A stretch of DNA of 64,000 bases, from NCBI GenBank assembly GCA_040767605.1, contig JAXGOI010000001.1:726814-790813 (forward strand). The letters run 5' to 3'. The notes beneath the pieces are model-generated. The model saw only the letters and a list, made by a program, of their open reading frames with translations, was not told where the DNA came from and did not search any database. This stretch comes from Clostridiales bacterium. GTDB taxonomy: Bacteria > Bacillota > Dehalobacteriia > UBA4068. This document shows, piece by piece, positions 21,595-30,333 of the stretch (positions are counted from its first letter, which is position 1; every line of letters starts with the position of its first letter). The translations under genes and the position numbers were made by a program.

Positions 21595-22266
21595 TTAGGC
21601 CAGCTTTAAAAGGCCTTTTCTATCCTCAATATTTACTTTGCCCCTGGCAAGGCTTACAAGGCCTTCATCCTGAAAATACTTTAACATTCTGGTAACAACC
21701 TCCCGGGCCGAGCCCATATGCCTGGCAATGGTCTCATGGGTAATTTCAAGGGAATCCGACCCCTCTATTGCCGCCTGGTCTAAAAGAAAAATCGCCAGGC
21801 GTTTATCAAAACTCATAAAAAGCACCTGCTCCATTACCCACATTAAATCCGAAAAGCGGGAAGACATTATTTGATTCGTAAATGTGGCGATTTCGATGGA
21901 GTTTTGATTAAGCTTATTATATATAGAGGTGGGCACCAAAAGAATGCTGGTATCCTTCTCCGCATCCAGATAAATATCAAAGTTAATATTTTTCATAACA
22001 CAGGAGGCGGATAAAATACAGACATCCCCTTCAAAAAGCCGGAAAATGGTTATCTCCTTACCGGTGGGAGAAAATATATAGGCTCTTATGGCTCCTTTAT
22101 TTAAAATAATCAGGCCATTACAATCCGATGCCCCGTTATGCAGGCTATCCCCCTTTTTATAGGAAAGACTTGCCGCGGAATTTAAAAGCAATTCCCGCTG
22201 CTGATTATCAATTTTATCCCAAAAAGGCAGGGAATTTGTAAAGAACAGCTTTAATTCTTGCTCCAC
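21595..22266 (-). CDS. Crp/Fnr-family transcriptional regulator
   Basis: cNMP-binding beta-barrel followed by a C-terminal HTH (ITHETIARHMGSAREVVTRMLKYFQDEGLV). GTG start with a GGAAGGAGGG RBS. Own promoter-like TTTAAC-17-TACAAT just upstream. Confidence 0.8.
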   Translation of the reverse strand: MEQELKLFFTNSLPFWDKIDNQQRELLLNSAASLSYKKGDSLHNGASDCNGLIILNKGAIRAYIFSPTGKEITIFRLFEGDVCILSASCVMKNINFDIYLDAEKDTSILLVPTSIYNKLNQNSIEIATFTNQIMSSRFSDLMWVMEQVLFMSFDKRLAIFLLDQAAIEGSDSLEITHETIARHMGSAREVVTRMLKYFQDEGLVSLARGKVNIEDRKGLLKLA

Positions 22267-22316
22267 CAAAAGGCCCTCCTTCCCTACCCCTTAATTGTAC
22301 TATATAATGTCAAAAA

Positions 22317-22360
22317 GTTAAATAGCAATACTCCCTTTTAGGGAGTATTGCTATTTAAAC
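22317..22360 (-). terminator. Rho-independent terminator after the sor gene
   Basis: Perfect 15-bp inverted repeat AATAGCAATACTCCC-tttt-GGGAGTATTGCTATT, followed on the minus strand by AACTTTTTG. Confidence 0.6.
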
Positions 22361-22387
22361 TTAACTTTAATTTTAAATACCCTGGTT

Positions 22388-22735
22388 TTAAGAACAGCAA
22401 TCTATATCTTTAAACAGCAAACCATGTACATTGCAATAGAAATATATGCTTTGGGGAATATCATCATCTAAATAGAACCTGGCCTGCGGCTTATCTCCGG
22501 GCTTTAATCTCTTCATCACCATCCCCTTTTGGCTTTTAAGGCAAATCCACTCTATATAATGCCCTTCCTCCATTACATGGGGTATGCTGCCTATTTCAAT
22601 TAAAAAGATATTAGCCATTGACCAGATTAAGGGCCTATGGAGGGAATCCTCCTCCTTAACTTCCCGGGGGGCCCATTCCTTTTCTAAATCGCTGCAACAG
22701 GCAAAAAGTGGATTTTTAAGGGATGAAGTATTCAT
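22388..22735 (-). CDS. Superoxide reductase-like protein (neelaredoxin/desulfoferrodoxin centre II family, short form)
   Basis: 115 aa. It carries a C-terminal CNVHG ligand motif and PHVMEEGHYIEWI, which is close to the SOR consensus HPMEEKHYIEWIEL. The ATG lies 4 nt after the prx stop. Confidence 0.5.
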   Translation of the reverse strand: MNTSSLKNPLFACCSDLEKEWAPREVKEEDSLHRPLIWSMANIFLIEIGSIPHVMEEGHYIEWICLKSQKGMVMKRLKPGDKPQARFYLDDDIPQSIYFYCNVHGLLFKDIDCCS

Positions 22736-22739
22736 TGTC

Positions 22740-23420
22740 TTACTTTTTCTCCCGCTTAAAGCACATAAACCAATCTAAGCAATAAGTGTCGTCATCCTGG
22801 CTTTCCATTCTTTCTTTTGCTGTGCCGCAGGAGCCGGCGGTGGGTACAATAACATCATCGCCGGGGCGCCAATCCGCCGGGGTGGCAACGCCGTCTTTAT
22901 CCGCCTTTTGGAGGGCGAGGATAATCCGCTTAATTTCGTCAAAATTACGCCCGGTAGAAAGGGGGTAATAAAGGATGCAGCGAACCTTGCCTTTGGGGTC
23001 AATAACAAAAACTGCCCTTACAGCCTGGGTATTTGATTGCCCGGGCTGAATCATCCCAAATTTATTGGCAACATCCATTTTAATATCTTCAATTAAGGGG
23101 AAGGTTACCATAACATCCTTCATGCCTTTATATTCCAGCTCCTGAATTTTCCTCAGCCAGGCAATATGCGCATAAAGAGAATCTACCGAAAGGCCTATAA
23201 GCTCGGTATTAAGGGCTTTAAATTCATCCATCATTGTGGCAAATGTCATAAATTCCGTTGTGCAAACCGGGGTAAAATCCGCCGGGTGGGAGAAAAGAAT
23301 AACCCATTTTCCTTCATAATCTTTGGGGAAGTTAATTTCACCCTGAGTAGTAGTAGCAACAAAAGATGGGGCATCATCACCGATTAAAGGCATTCTTCCT
23401 ACAGTTTTTTCGTCCATCAT
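22740..23420 (-). CDS. Peroxiredoxin (Prx6-like) with Cys-rich C-terminal tail
   Basis: FTPVCTTE peroxidatic-Cys motif and Prx fold. The likely start is ATGATG at 23420, with an AAGGAGG RBS. The track ORF extends to 23480. C-terminal extension: SCGTAKERMESQDDDTYCLDWFMCF. Confidence 0.85.
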   Translation of the reverse strand: MMDEKTVGRMPLIGDDAPSFVATTTQGEINFPKDYEGKWVILFSHPADFTPVCTTEFMTFATMMDEFKALNTELIGLSVDSLYAHIAWLRKIQELEYKGMKDVMVTFPLIEDIKMDVANKFGMIQPGQSNTQAVRAVFVIDPKGKVRCILYYPLSTGRNFDEIKRIILALQKADKDGVATPADWRPGDDVIVPTAGSCGTAKERMESQDDDTYCLDWFMCFKREKK

Positions 23421-23520
23421 TATTTCCTCCTTATTTTTTAGCTTAAGTTTACTTGTTTTTTCTTTTCTGTTTTTTAACACTTTTTCTTTAACATCTTTTC
23501 TATTTACCTAAAATTATAAA

Positions 23521-23838
23521 TTAAGCTCTTTTTAACATACCCAAGATTTCTTCTTTACCATGAAAACCGGCGGTGGCCTCCGTTACCTTTCCGTTTTTAA
23601 AAACCAAAAGGGAGGGCACGCCCATAACCTGAAATTTAGCGGCAAGCTCGGGCTCTTCATCCACATTTATTTTCCCTATTTTAAAACCCGGGCCGATTTC
23701 CTGCGCTACCTCATCAATTACCGGGGCAATCATCCGGCAGGGGCCGCACCAGGAGGCCCAAAAATCTACCAAAACCACATCCGCCGAATTTAAAACTTCT
23801 TTTTGAAAGTTTTCTTTAGTTATTGTCACTACAGCCAT
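23521..23838 (-). CDS. trxA: Thioredoxin
   Basis: 105 aa with a WCGPC active site. Confidence 0.95.
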   Translation of the reverse strand: MAVVTITKENFQKEVLNSADVVLVDFWASWCGPCRMIAPVIDEVAQEIGPGFKIGKINVDEEPELAAKFQVMGVPSLLVFKNGKVTEATAGFHGKEEILGMLKRA

Positions 23839-23925
23839 TTTTAGTCCCTCTTTTCACATAAAAAATATTTATGCCTTGATTATAAGCCCTTATGATAAAA
23901 ATAACCGTAACTTAATCACATTAAA

Positions 23926-23952
23926 AAGCAGGCCAAAAAACTTGGCCTGCTT
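23926..23952. terminator. Bidirectional hairpin terminator between hcpR-like gene and trxA
   Basis: AAGCAGGCCAA-aaaact-TGGCCTGCTT palindrome flanked by A/T runs on both sides. Confidence 0.5.
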
Positions 23953-24182
23953 AAAAAATACTTTAAATACAGGCCTTCCCATTTTGGGCTTTACCTGATA
24001 ATATTTAAATTAAAACACTAAAAATTTTACTGTTTTGCCCGGGGCAGAAAGCGCCTAAAATAGCGGTTTAAATTTATCTCTTTATAAAAGCTTATTTATT
24101 TATAAAAGCTTTTTTGTTTTAAAAACTTATTTCTTTAAAAAGCTTTCTTTATATAATGCTTTATTCCTTGGCAAATATTTTT

Positions 24183-24905
24183 TTATTCCTGATCCCAAAA
24201 GCCCGGCAAAAGCTCAAATTTATTTTTCTGAAAATTTATCAGCCCCGCATCCCTCATCTCCCCTAAAACAAAGGAAAGGGCGCTTCTATCCACACAGAGA
24301 TAATCCGCCATATCCGCCCTGGAATAAGGAATAAGAAAAGGGTTAGCCCCTGCTTTTCGCATATGGGAGGATAAAAAAATCTCTACCTTGCTTCTGATGG
24401 AACGGCTGCCCAGACAGCTTATTTTACGATTGTTTTCAATATTTTTTTGAGCCAAAACCTTAAGCATATTATTAATAAGCTGGGAATGAAAGCGGCAGGC
24501 AGATTCACAAACATTGGAAATCCTCTGAAAATCTAAAAAAAGAGCTTTTACAGGCGTTTCCGCCACTACGCTTACAGGGCTGCTTTTTACCCCGGCGCAG
24601 GCAAAAACCTCCCCGAATACATCACCGGGGGCCAAATGGGTTAGAATATTCCTATGGCCATGGTAATCCTCCTCAACTATTTGCCCCCTGCCTTCTAAAA
24701 TAAGGCCGATTTCCCTCACCTCATTGCCGGCTAAAATTATTAAGGCATCTTTGGGGAATTCCTTTTTCTTAGCCCTTACGCAGGCAAGAAGAGATAATAA
24801 ATCCTTTTCTTTAATATTGTCAAAAAGAGCGTTTTCCTTAATAAGCTCCAGATATTTTTCCAAAAAATCACCCCCGTTGTAAATACAACCGACTTCTAAA
24901 AACAA
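24183..24905 (-). CDS. Crp/Fnr-family regulator, HcpR-like (divergent from ferredoxin-hcp operon)
   Basis: cNMP-binding domain plus C-terminal HTH (ADMADYLCVDRSALSFVLGEMRDAGLI). The start is uncertain (ATG at 24905, or an internal TTG at 24863 with a GGGGGTGA RBS). Assignment as HcpR rests on its position next to hcp. Confidence 0.7.
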   Translation of the reverse strand: MFLEVGCIYNGGDFLEKYLELIKENALFDNIKEKDLLSLLACVRAKKKEFPKDALIILAGNEVREIGLILEGRGQIVEEDYHGHRNILTHLAPGDVFGEVFACAGVKSSPVSVVAETPVKALFLDFQRISNVCESACRFHSQLINNMLKVLAQKNIENNRKISCLGSRSIRSKVEIFLSSHMRKAGANPFLIPYSRADMADYLCVDRSALSFVLGEMRDAGLINFQKNKFELLPGFWDQE

Positions 24906-24947
24906 TTCTATTATACTTGTACCATAAAAGCAAGGGAGCTGAATAAA

Positions 24948-25685
24948 ATGTTAAGAAAAATTATTAAAATAGATGATGAAAAATGCAATGGCTGCGGTTT
25001 ATGTGTAGACGCCTGCCATGAAGGGGCTATTGCCTTGGTTAACGGCAAAGCCCGGCTTATGCGGGATGACTATTGCGACGGCCTGGGGGATTGCCTCCCT
25101 GTTTGCCCTACCGGGGCCATATCATTTGAAGAGAGAGAAGCCAAAGCCTATGATGAGGCGGCGGTAAAAGCCAATATGGCTAAAGCCGCCCGGGAAAAAG
25201 GCGCCCCTGCCCAGAATAAGCCCTTTGTATGCCCGGGGCTGGCCAGTAAAACCCTTAACCGCCCCCCTAGCGCTGAAAGTGAAGCTGCTAAACAAGAGGC
25301 AAACCCCAATACTCCGGCCTCCCAGCTTAAACAATGGCCGGTACAGCTTAAGCTGGTGCCTGTAAACGCGCCTTATTTTAAAAACGCCAAGCTTTTAATT
25401 GCCGCGGATTGCAGCGCTTTTGCCTACGGGGATTTTCATAACCGCTTTATGAGAGATAAAATTACCCTTATAGGCTGCCCTAAGCTGGATTCCGGAGATT
25501 ACAGCGAAAAGCTTACGGAAATTCTGGCTCAAAATGAGATTAAAAGTGTTACCGTAGTTAAAATGGAGGTTCCCTGCTGCACCGGCTTATCTAATGCGGT
25601 AAAAAAAGCCTTGAAAGACAGCGGCAAAATGATACCCTGGCAGATAATAACACTTTCCGGCGACGGAGAAATAATTGATGAATAA
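24948..25685 (+). CDS. 4Fe-4S dicluster ferredoxin-domain protein (hcp-associated)
   Basis: Two CxxCxxCxxxCP motifs (CNGCGLCVDACHEG, CDGLGDCLPVCPTG) followed by a C-terminal domain with a CC pair. It lies immediately upstream of hcp. Confidence 0.75.
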   Translation: MLRKIIKIDDEKCNGCGLCVDACHEGAIALVNGKARLMRDDYCDGLGDCLPVCPTGAISFEEREAKAYDEAAVKANMAKAAREKGAPAQNKPFVCPGLASKTLNRPPSAESEAAKQEANPNTPASQLKQWPVQLKLVPVNAPYFKNAKLLIAADCSAFAYGDFHNRFMRDKITLIGCPKLDSGDYSEKLTEILAQNEIKSVTVVKMEVPCCTGLSNAVKKALKDSGKMIPWQIITLSGDGEIIDE

Positions 25686-25724
25686 ACCCGTTTTACGGGA
25701 ATTTTATAAGGGAGGTTTTTTAAA

Positions 25725-27302
25725 ATGAGTAATATGTTTTGTTTTCAGTGTGAGCAAACGGCAAGGGGCACCGGCTGTACGGTAGCCGGAGTCTGCGGGA
25801 AGCAGGCCTCCACCGCCAATAATCAGGATAAGCTCATTGGCACTTTGGTATCTTTAGCCAAAGCCGCCGGCGATAAAGCCACGGATAAGACTTATAAAAT
25901 GCTTATGGAGGGGCTTTTTACTACCATTACAAATGTAAACTTTGACGATGAGGCATTGACAAATTTTACTAAGGTGCTCCATAAGGAAATAGCCCTTTAC
26001 GACCCCTCCTGCACCTGCACGGATTGTGATTGCCAGGGCACATTAAATATGGGGGATATCTGGTATGGCGATGAGGATATCCGCTCCCTTAAAACCATGA
26101 TTCTTTTAGGTATCAAAGGGATGGCCGCTTATGCTTATCATGCGCTTGTGCTGGGTTACAGTGATGATACCGTAAATAAATTCTTTGTTAAAGGCTTAAA
26201 AGCCCTGGCCGATGAAAATGATACAGATACCCTTCTGGGGCTGGTTATGGAATTAGGCCAGGTGAATTTAAAATGCATGGAGCTTTTAGATAAGGCCAAT
26301 ACCGAAACCTATGGCGTACCTGTACCCACAAAAGTTCCCACAAATATTGAAAAAGGCCCCTTTATTGTAATTACCGGCCACGATTTAAGAGATTTAGAGC
26401 TGCTATTACAGCAAACCGAAGGCAAAAATATAAATATTTACACCCATGGGGAAATGCTGCCCTGCCACGCTTACCCCAAGCTTAAAAAATACAGCCATTT
26501 AAAAGGCAATTTTGGTACAGCCTGGCAGAATCAGCAAAAAGAATTTAATAATATCCCCGCCCCTATTCTTTACACAACAAACTGTATTATGCCTGTAAAA
26601 GATAGTTATAGAGACCGCGTCTTCACCACCGAGGTTGTAGCATATCCTGGAATGATTCATATTGGGGAGGATAAAGATTTCTCCCCGGTAATTGAAAAGG
26701 CTCTGGAATTAGGGGGCTATACCGAGGATATGAAAATGACCGGCATTAACGGGGGGGATACTCTTACCACCGGCTTTGGCTGGGGCACTGTACTTTCCGT
26801 TGCGGATAAAGTAATAGATGCGGTTAAAAGCGGGGCAATCCGCCACTTCTTCCTGGTTGGCGGCTGCGACGGAGCCCGCCCCGGCCGCAATTACTATACA
26901 GATTTTGTTAAGAAAACCCCTAAAGACACTATTGTGCTCACCCTTGCCTGCGGTAAATACCGTTTTAACGATTTAGATTTAGGCGAAATCGGCGGCCTGC
27001 CCCGCCTTATGGATATGGGCCAATGCAATGATGCCTTCAGCGCCATTAAAGTTGCGATTGCCCTGGCGGAGGCCTTTGAATGCGATGTAAATGACCTGCC
27101 CCTTTCCCTGGTGCTCTCCTGGTATGAGCAAAAGGCGGTCTGCATTCTTCTTACCCTCTTATCCTTAGGGATAAAAAATATTTACCTCGGCCCAACCCTG
27201 CCGGCCTTTATTTCCCCTAATATCCTCAATGTTTTGGTGGAGAAATTTAATATTACCCCCATTTCCACCCCAGAAGAAGATATGGCCAAAATTCTCGGCT
27301 AA
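25725..27302 (+). CDS. hcp: Hybrid cluster protein (hydroxylamine reductase)
   Basis: N-terminal MFCFQCEQTARGTGCTVAGVCGK cluster motif. 525 aa. Confidence 0.95.
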   Translation: MSNMFCFQCEQTARGTGCTVAGVCGKQASTANNQDKLIGTLVSLAKAAGDKATDKTYKMLMEGLFTTITNVNFDDEALTNFTKVLHKEIALYDPSCTCTDCDCQGTLNMGDIWYGDEDIRSLKTMILLGIKGMAAYAYHALVLGYSDDTVNKFFVKGLKALADENDTDTLLGLVMELGQVNLKCMELLDKANTETYGVPVPTKVPTNIEKGPFIVITGHDLRDLELLLQQTEGKNINIYTHGEMLPCHAYPKLKKYSHLKGNFGTAWQNQQKEFNNIPAPILYTTNCIMPVKDSYRDRVFTTEVVAYPGMIHIGEDKDFSPVIEKALELGGYTEDMKMTGINGGDTLTTGFGWGTVLSVADKVIDAVKSGAIRHFFLVGGCDGARPGRNYYTDFVKKTPKDTIVLTLACGKYRFNDLDLGEIGGLPRLMDMGQCNDAFSAIKVAIALAEAFECDVNDLPLSLVLSWYEQKAVCILLTLLSLGIKNIYLGPTLPAFISPNILNVLVEKFNITPISTPEEDMAKILG

Positions 27303-27337
27303 TTTTTAAACAGGCTAAAGACTTTTAAAGCCCATAA

Positions 27338-27370
27338 AAATCCCTGCCCCTTTTAGGGGCAGGGATTTAC
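27338..27370 (+). terminator. Hairpin terminator after hcp
   Basis: AAATCCCTGCCCC-tttt-AGGGGCAGGGATTT, a perfect 13-bp stem. Confidence 0.55.
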
Positions 27371-27854
27371 TTATACAGGTCTGTTTTTAACCGGCTCTTT
27401 TTAATATGAAAGCCGTAGGATATTTGGTTATGCAAAATTCCCCGAACAATTGGATAAGACTATCTTTAGAGACTGCTGCAAGGACGCAGATAATAGCCTA
27501 AAACCAACGGCCCATATAAACCAAAGAAGAGTTAGAAAATCAGTTGCATAAGCATTTAAGCTCCTTGGATATAATCACCGTACTGCCTGCAGAGGTATTA
27601 CTTGTATAAAGAAAAAACCCGGATAAGTTATGCATAACACCTCTTCAGCTTACAAAAATTCTACAGATATTGGAGTTAAAAAGCCTTAAAACACATACCT
27701 GAAAAGACAATAAGTGAAGGATTTTTGATTGCTTCTGACCCGTTATATCGGCACATTTATAGAATACATCCGTAACCATTAGCATGATTATTTTCGGGTG
27801 AAATTATTTAAAAATTTTATTATACCCTGAACAAGATACTATCGTCAATATAAG

Positions 27855-27887
27855 AGTTTCACTTTATTTATTTTTTGTGGTATAATA
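27855..27887 (+). promoter_or_regulatory. Extended -10 promoter for rplY/ctc
   Basis: TGgTATAAT at 27878-27886, about 90 nt upstream of the rplY ATG. Confidence 0.45.
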
Positions 27888-27975
27888 GTATACAACTGCG
27901 CTGCGGCACCTAGAATGCAGTGGAAATTCACAGCCGGGGCGAAAAACCTGACAGCCTGAGAAAAGGAGAATAATA

Positions 27976-28593
27976 ATGTTTGTTTTAAATGCGGAAAATC
28001 GTAATCTTAAATTAAAACCCAAACATCTGAGAAAAGAAGGGATAATCCCCGGTGTTTTATACGGAAAAAATCTCGAGGAATCTTTAAGCCTTCAGTTTTC
28101 ACAAGCGGAAGTCAAACGCTTTTTGCAGGGGAATTTTGTGGGGAGTAAAGCCGAATTAACGGTTGAGGGGAAGAAATTTCCGGCCTTATTGAGGGAAGTT
28201 TCCTATGAGCCGGCTGCGAGCAATCTGCAGCATTTAAGTTTTCAAACATTGATAGCAGGAGAAGCCATTACAAGCACAGCGGCAATTGTGCTTGTAAACA
28301 AGGAAAAGGTTGACGGAATGGTTCAGCATCAATTAGCCGAAATTTCCTATCGGACGCTTCCCGCAAACCTTGTTGACAGATTTGAAATTGATCTTGAGGG
28401 GATGCAGATAGGGGCCAGCATGAGAGTTAGCGATCTGGAAATTGCCAAAAACCCTGATATCGAGATTTTGAGCCCCCTTGATGATATGGTGTTTTCCATT
28501 GTTAATATTCATAAGCCTATGGAAATTCTTGAAACCGACGAGGAAACCGGCGGGGAAACTGACGGAGAAACCGCCGAAACCGAAAGCGAATAA
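27976..28593 (+). CDS. rplY: Ribosomal protein L25 / general stress protein Ctc
   Basis: 205 aa. L25/Ctc N-domain (LKPKHLRKEGIIPGVLYG), a C-terminal beta domain and an acidic tail. Confidence 0.9.
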   Translation: MFVLNAENRNLKLKPKHLRKEGIIPGVLYGKNLEESLSLQFSQAEVKRFLQGNFVGSKAELTVEGKKFPALLREVSYEPAASNLQHLSFQTLIAGEAITSTAAIVLVNKEKVDGMVQHQLAEISYRTLPANLVDRFEIDLEGMQIGASMRVSDLEIAKNPDIEILSPLDDMVFSIVNIHKPMEILETDEETGGETDGETAETESE

Positions 28594-28731
28594 AATCTGG
28601 GATATTATTAATATTGATAGATATAAGGCTCTGGCAGCATCTTTTTACTAATTGATGATATGAAAATATCAGAACAACCCGTTGCAGATTGATTTAAAAT
28701 AAATTCTAAACTTAAAGCTTTATGGTCTTAA

Positions 28732-28790
28732 AAAGTGCTTGGAGTGGCGCACCATAATTGGTGCAGCCCCGAAAAGCACTTTTTTTATTT
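28732..28790 (+). terminator. Rho-independent terminator after rplY
   Basis: Long compound hairpin AAAAGTGCTT…AAGCACTTTTTTTATTT. Confidence 0.6.
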
Positions 28791-29073
28791 GGGAGGATAT
28801 ACAAGGTGCAGATACTTGGAGATATAGTTAAAGAAATAGTTAAACTCGAAGTCTTTATAAAGTTAACAGGGCAATAAAAAATTATTCCTTTAGTACGGCG
28901 TATCTGAATTGTTTATAACTATATTGGCGTGTTTAACCCACATCTTTTTGCACCCGCCGCAGAATAAAAAATCGGCATAGCCGGTAATACTACCTAACTA
29001 TGCCGATATTGTTCCGAGATAAAATAGACCTAGAACCTGCCCTCTTGTAACGGCAGGCTTTTTAATCTTAAAT

Positions 29074-30333
29074 TTAAACCAATAAATCAAAGAGCTGGGG
29101 GTTTTCATTTAAAATAATATGCTGAAAACCCTTATTTGTCATTCTTTGAATAAGGGGCTGATAATCCGCAGGGTCGCTAAGCTCTATCCCCACTAGGGTT
29201 GGGCCCTTTTCCTTATTATTGGCTTTGGTATATTCAAAACGGGTTATATCGTCATTTGGGCCTAAAACCTCAACCACAAATTCCTTTAATGCCCCGGGGC
29301 GCTGGGGGAAATCTATAATAAAATAATGTTTAAGCCCCTCATAAAGAAGGGAACGCTCTTTAATTTCCTGCATTCTGTCAATATCATTATTGCCGCCGCT
29401 TAAAATACAAACAATATTCTTGCCTTTAATCTCATCTTTATAAAAATCCAGGGCCGCTATGGGCAAGGCCCCGGCAGGCTCCAATACAATGGCGCTGTCA
29501 TTATAAAGCTGCAATATGCTGGTACAGACCTTACCCTCGGGTATAGAGATTATACCATCCAAAACCTCTTTGCAGATTTGAAAGCTTAAATCCCCAACTC
29601 TTTTTACCGCCGCGCCGTCTACAAATTTATCAATGGCTGGCAGAGTAATAACATGCCCCTTGGCCAGAGATTCTTTCATACTGGCAGCCCCTTGAGGCTC
29701 TACACCGATAATTTTTGTCTCCGGGCTGATATTTTTTAAATAAACCCCCATGCCGGAGGCTAAACCGCCGCCCCCTACGGTAAGGAAGATATAATCTATT
29801 TTTTCCGTTGCCGCTTCCATAATTTCCATGGCAATAGTGCCCTGGCCTGCCATAACCACAAAATCATCAAAGGGGTGGATAAAGGAGAGCCCCTCTTTTT
29901 CGGCGCATTCCATAGCGGCGGAAAAAGAGTCATCATAGGTATCTCCGATTAGAACCACCGTAACATATTCAGACCCAAAGCGGGTAACCTGTAAAATTTT
30001 CTGTTTAGGGGTTGTTACAGGCATAAAAATTTTGCCTTTAACCTTTAGCTGGCTGCAGGAATAGGCAACACCCTGGGCATGGTTGCCGGCGCTGGCGCAA
30101 ACCACGCCTTTTGCCAATTCCTCGCTGCTTAGGCTATGCATTTTATTATAAGCGCCCCTAATTTTAAAAGAGCGCACCCTTTGCAAATCTTCCCTTTTAA
30201 AATACAAATTACAGCCGAATTTATCAGAAAGGATATCATTCCTTAAAAGCGGGGTGCGGGAAACAACCGGCTTAAGAACCTGCCCGGCCCGGATAATATC
30301 CTCTACGGTAAGAAACTCGTTCATCATAATCAC
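29074..30333 (-). CDS. ilvA: Threonine ammonia-lyase (threonine dehydratase) with C-terminal ACT domain
   Basis: PLP-fold type II. Lys motif FKIRGA. Glycine-rich loop GGGGL. 419 aa with a C-terminal regulatory domain. Confidence 0.9.
   Translation of the reverse strand: MIMMNEFLTVEDIIRAGQVLKPVVSRTPLLRNDILSDKFGCNLYFKREDLQRVRSFKIRGAYNKMHSLSSEELAKGVVCASAGNHAQGVAYSCSQLKVKGKIFMPVTTPKQKILQVTRFGSEYVTVVLIGDTYDDSFSAAMECAEKEGLSFIHPFDDFVVMAGQGTIAMEIMEAATEKIDYIFLTVGGGGLASGMGVYLKNISPETKIIGVEPQGAASMKESLAKGHVITLPAIDKFVDGAAVKRVGDLSFQICKEVLDGIISIPEGKVCTSILQLYNDSAIVLEPAGALPIAALDFYKDEIKGKNIVCILSGGNNDIDRMQEIKERSLLYEGLKHYFIIDFPQRPGALKEFVVEVLGPNDDITRFEYTKANNKEKGPTLVGIELSDPADYQPLIQRMTNKGFQHIILNENPQLFDLLV

Noticed and set aside
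22775-23387. ORFs 22775-23008(-), 22786-22968(+) and 23166-23387(+) inside the peroxiredoxin gene
   Set aside because: They are alternative-frame or antisense ORFs within a strongly conserved Prx CDS.
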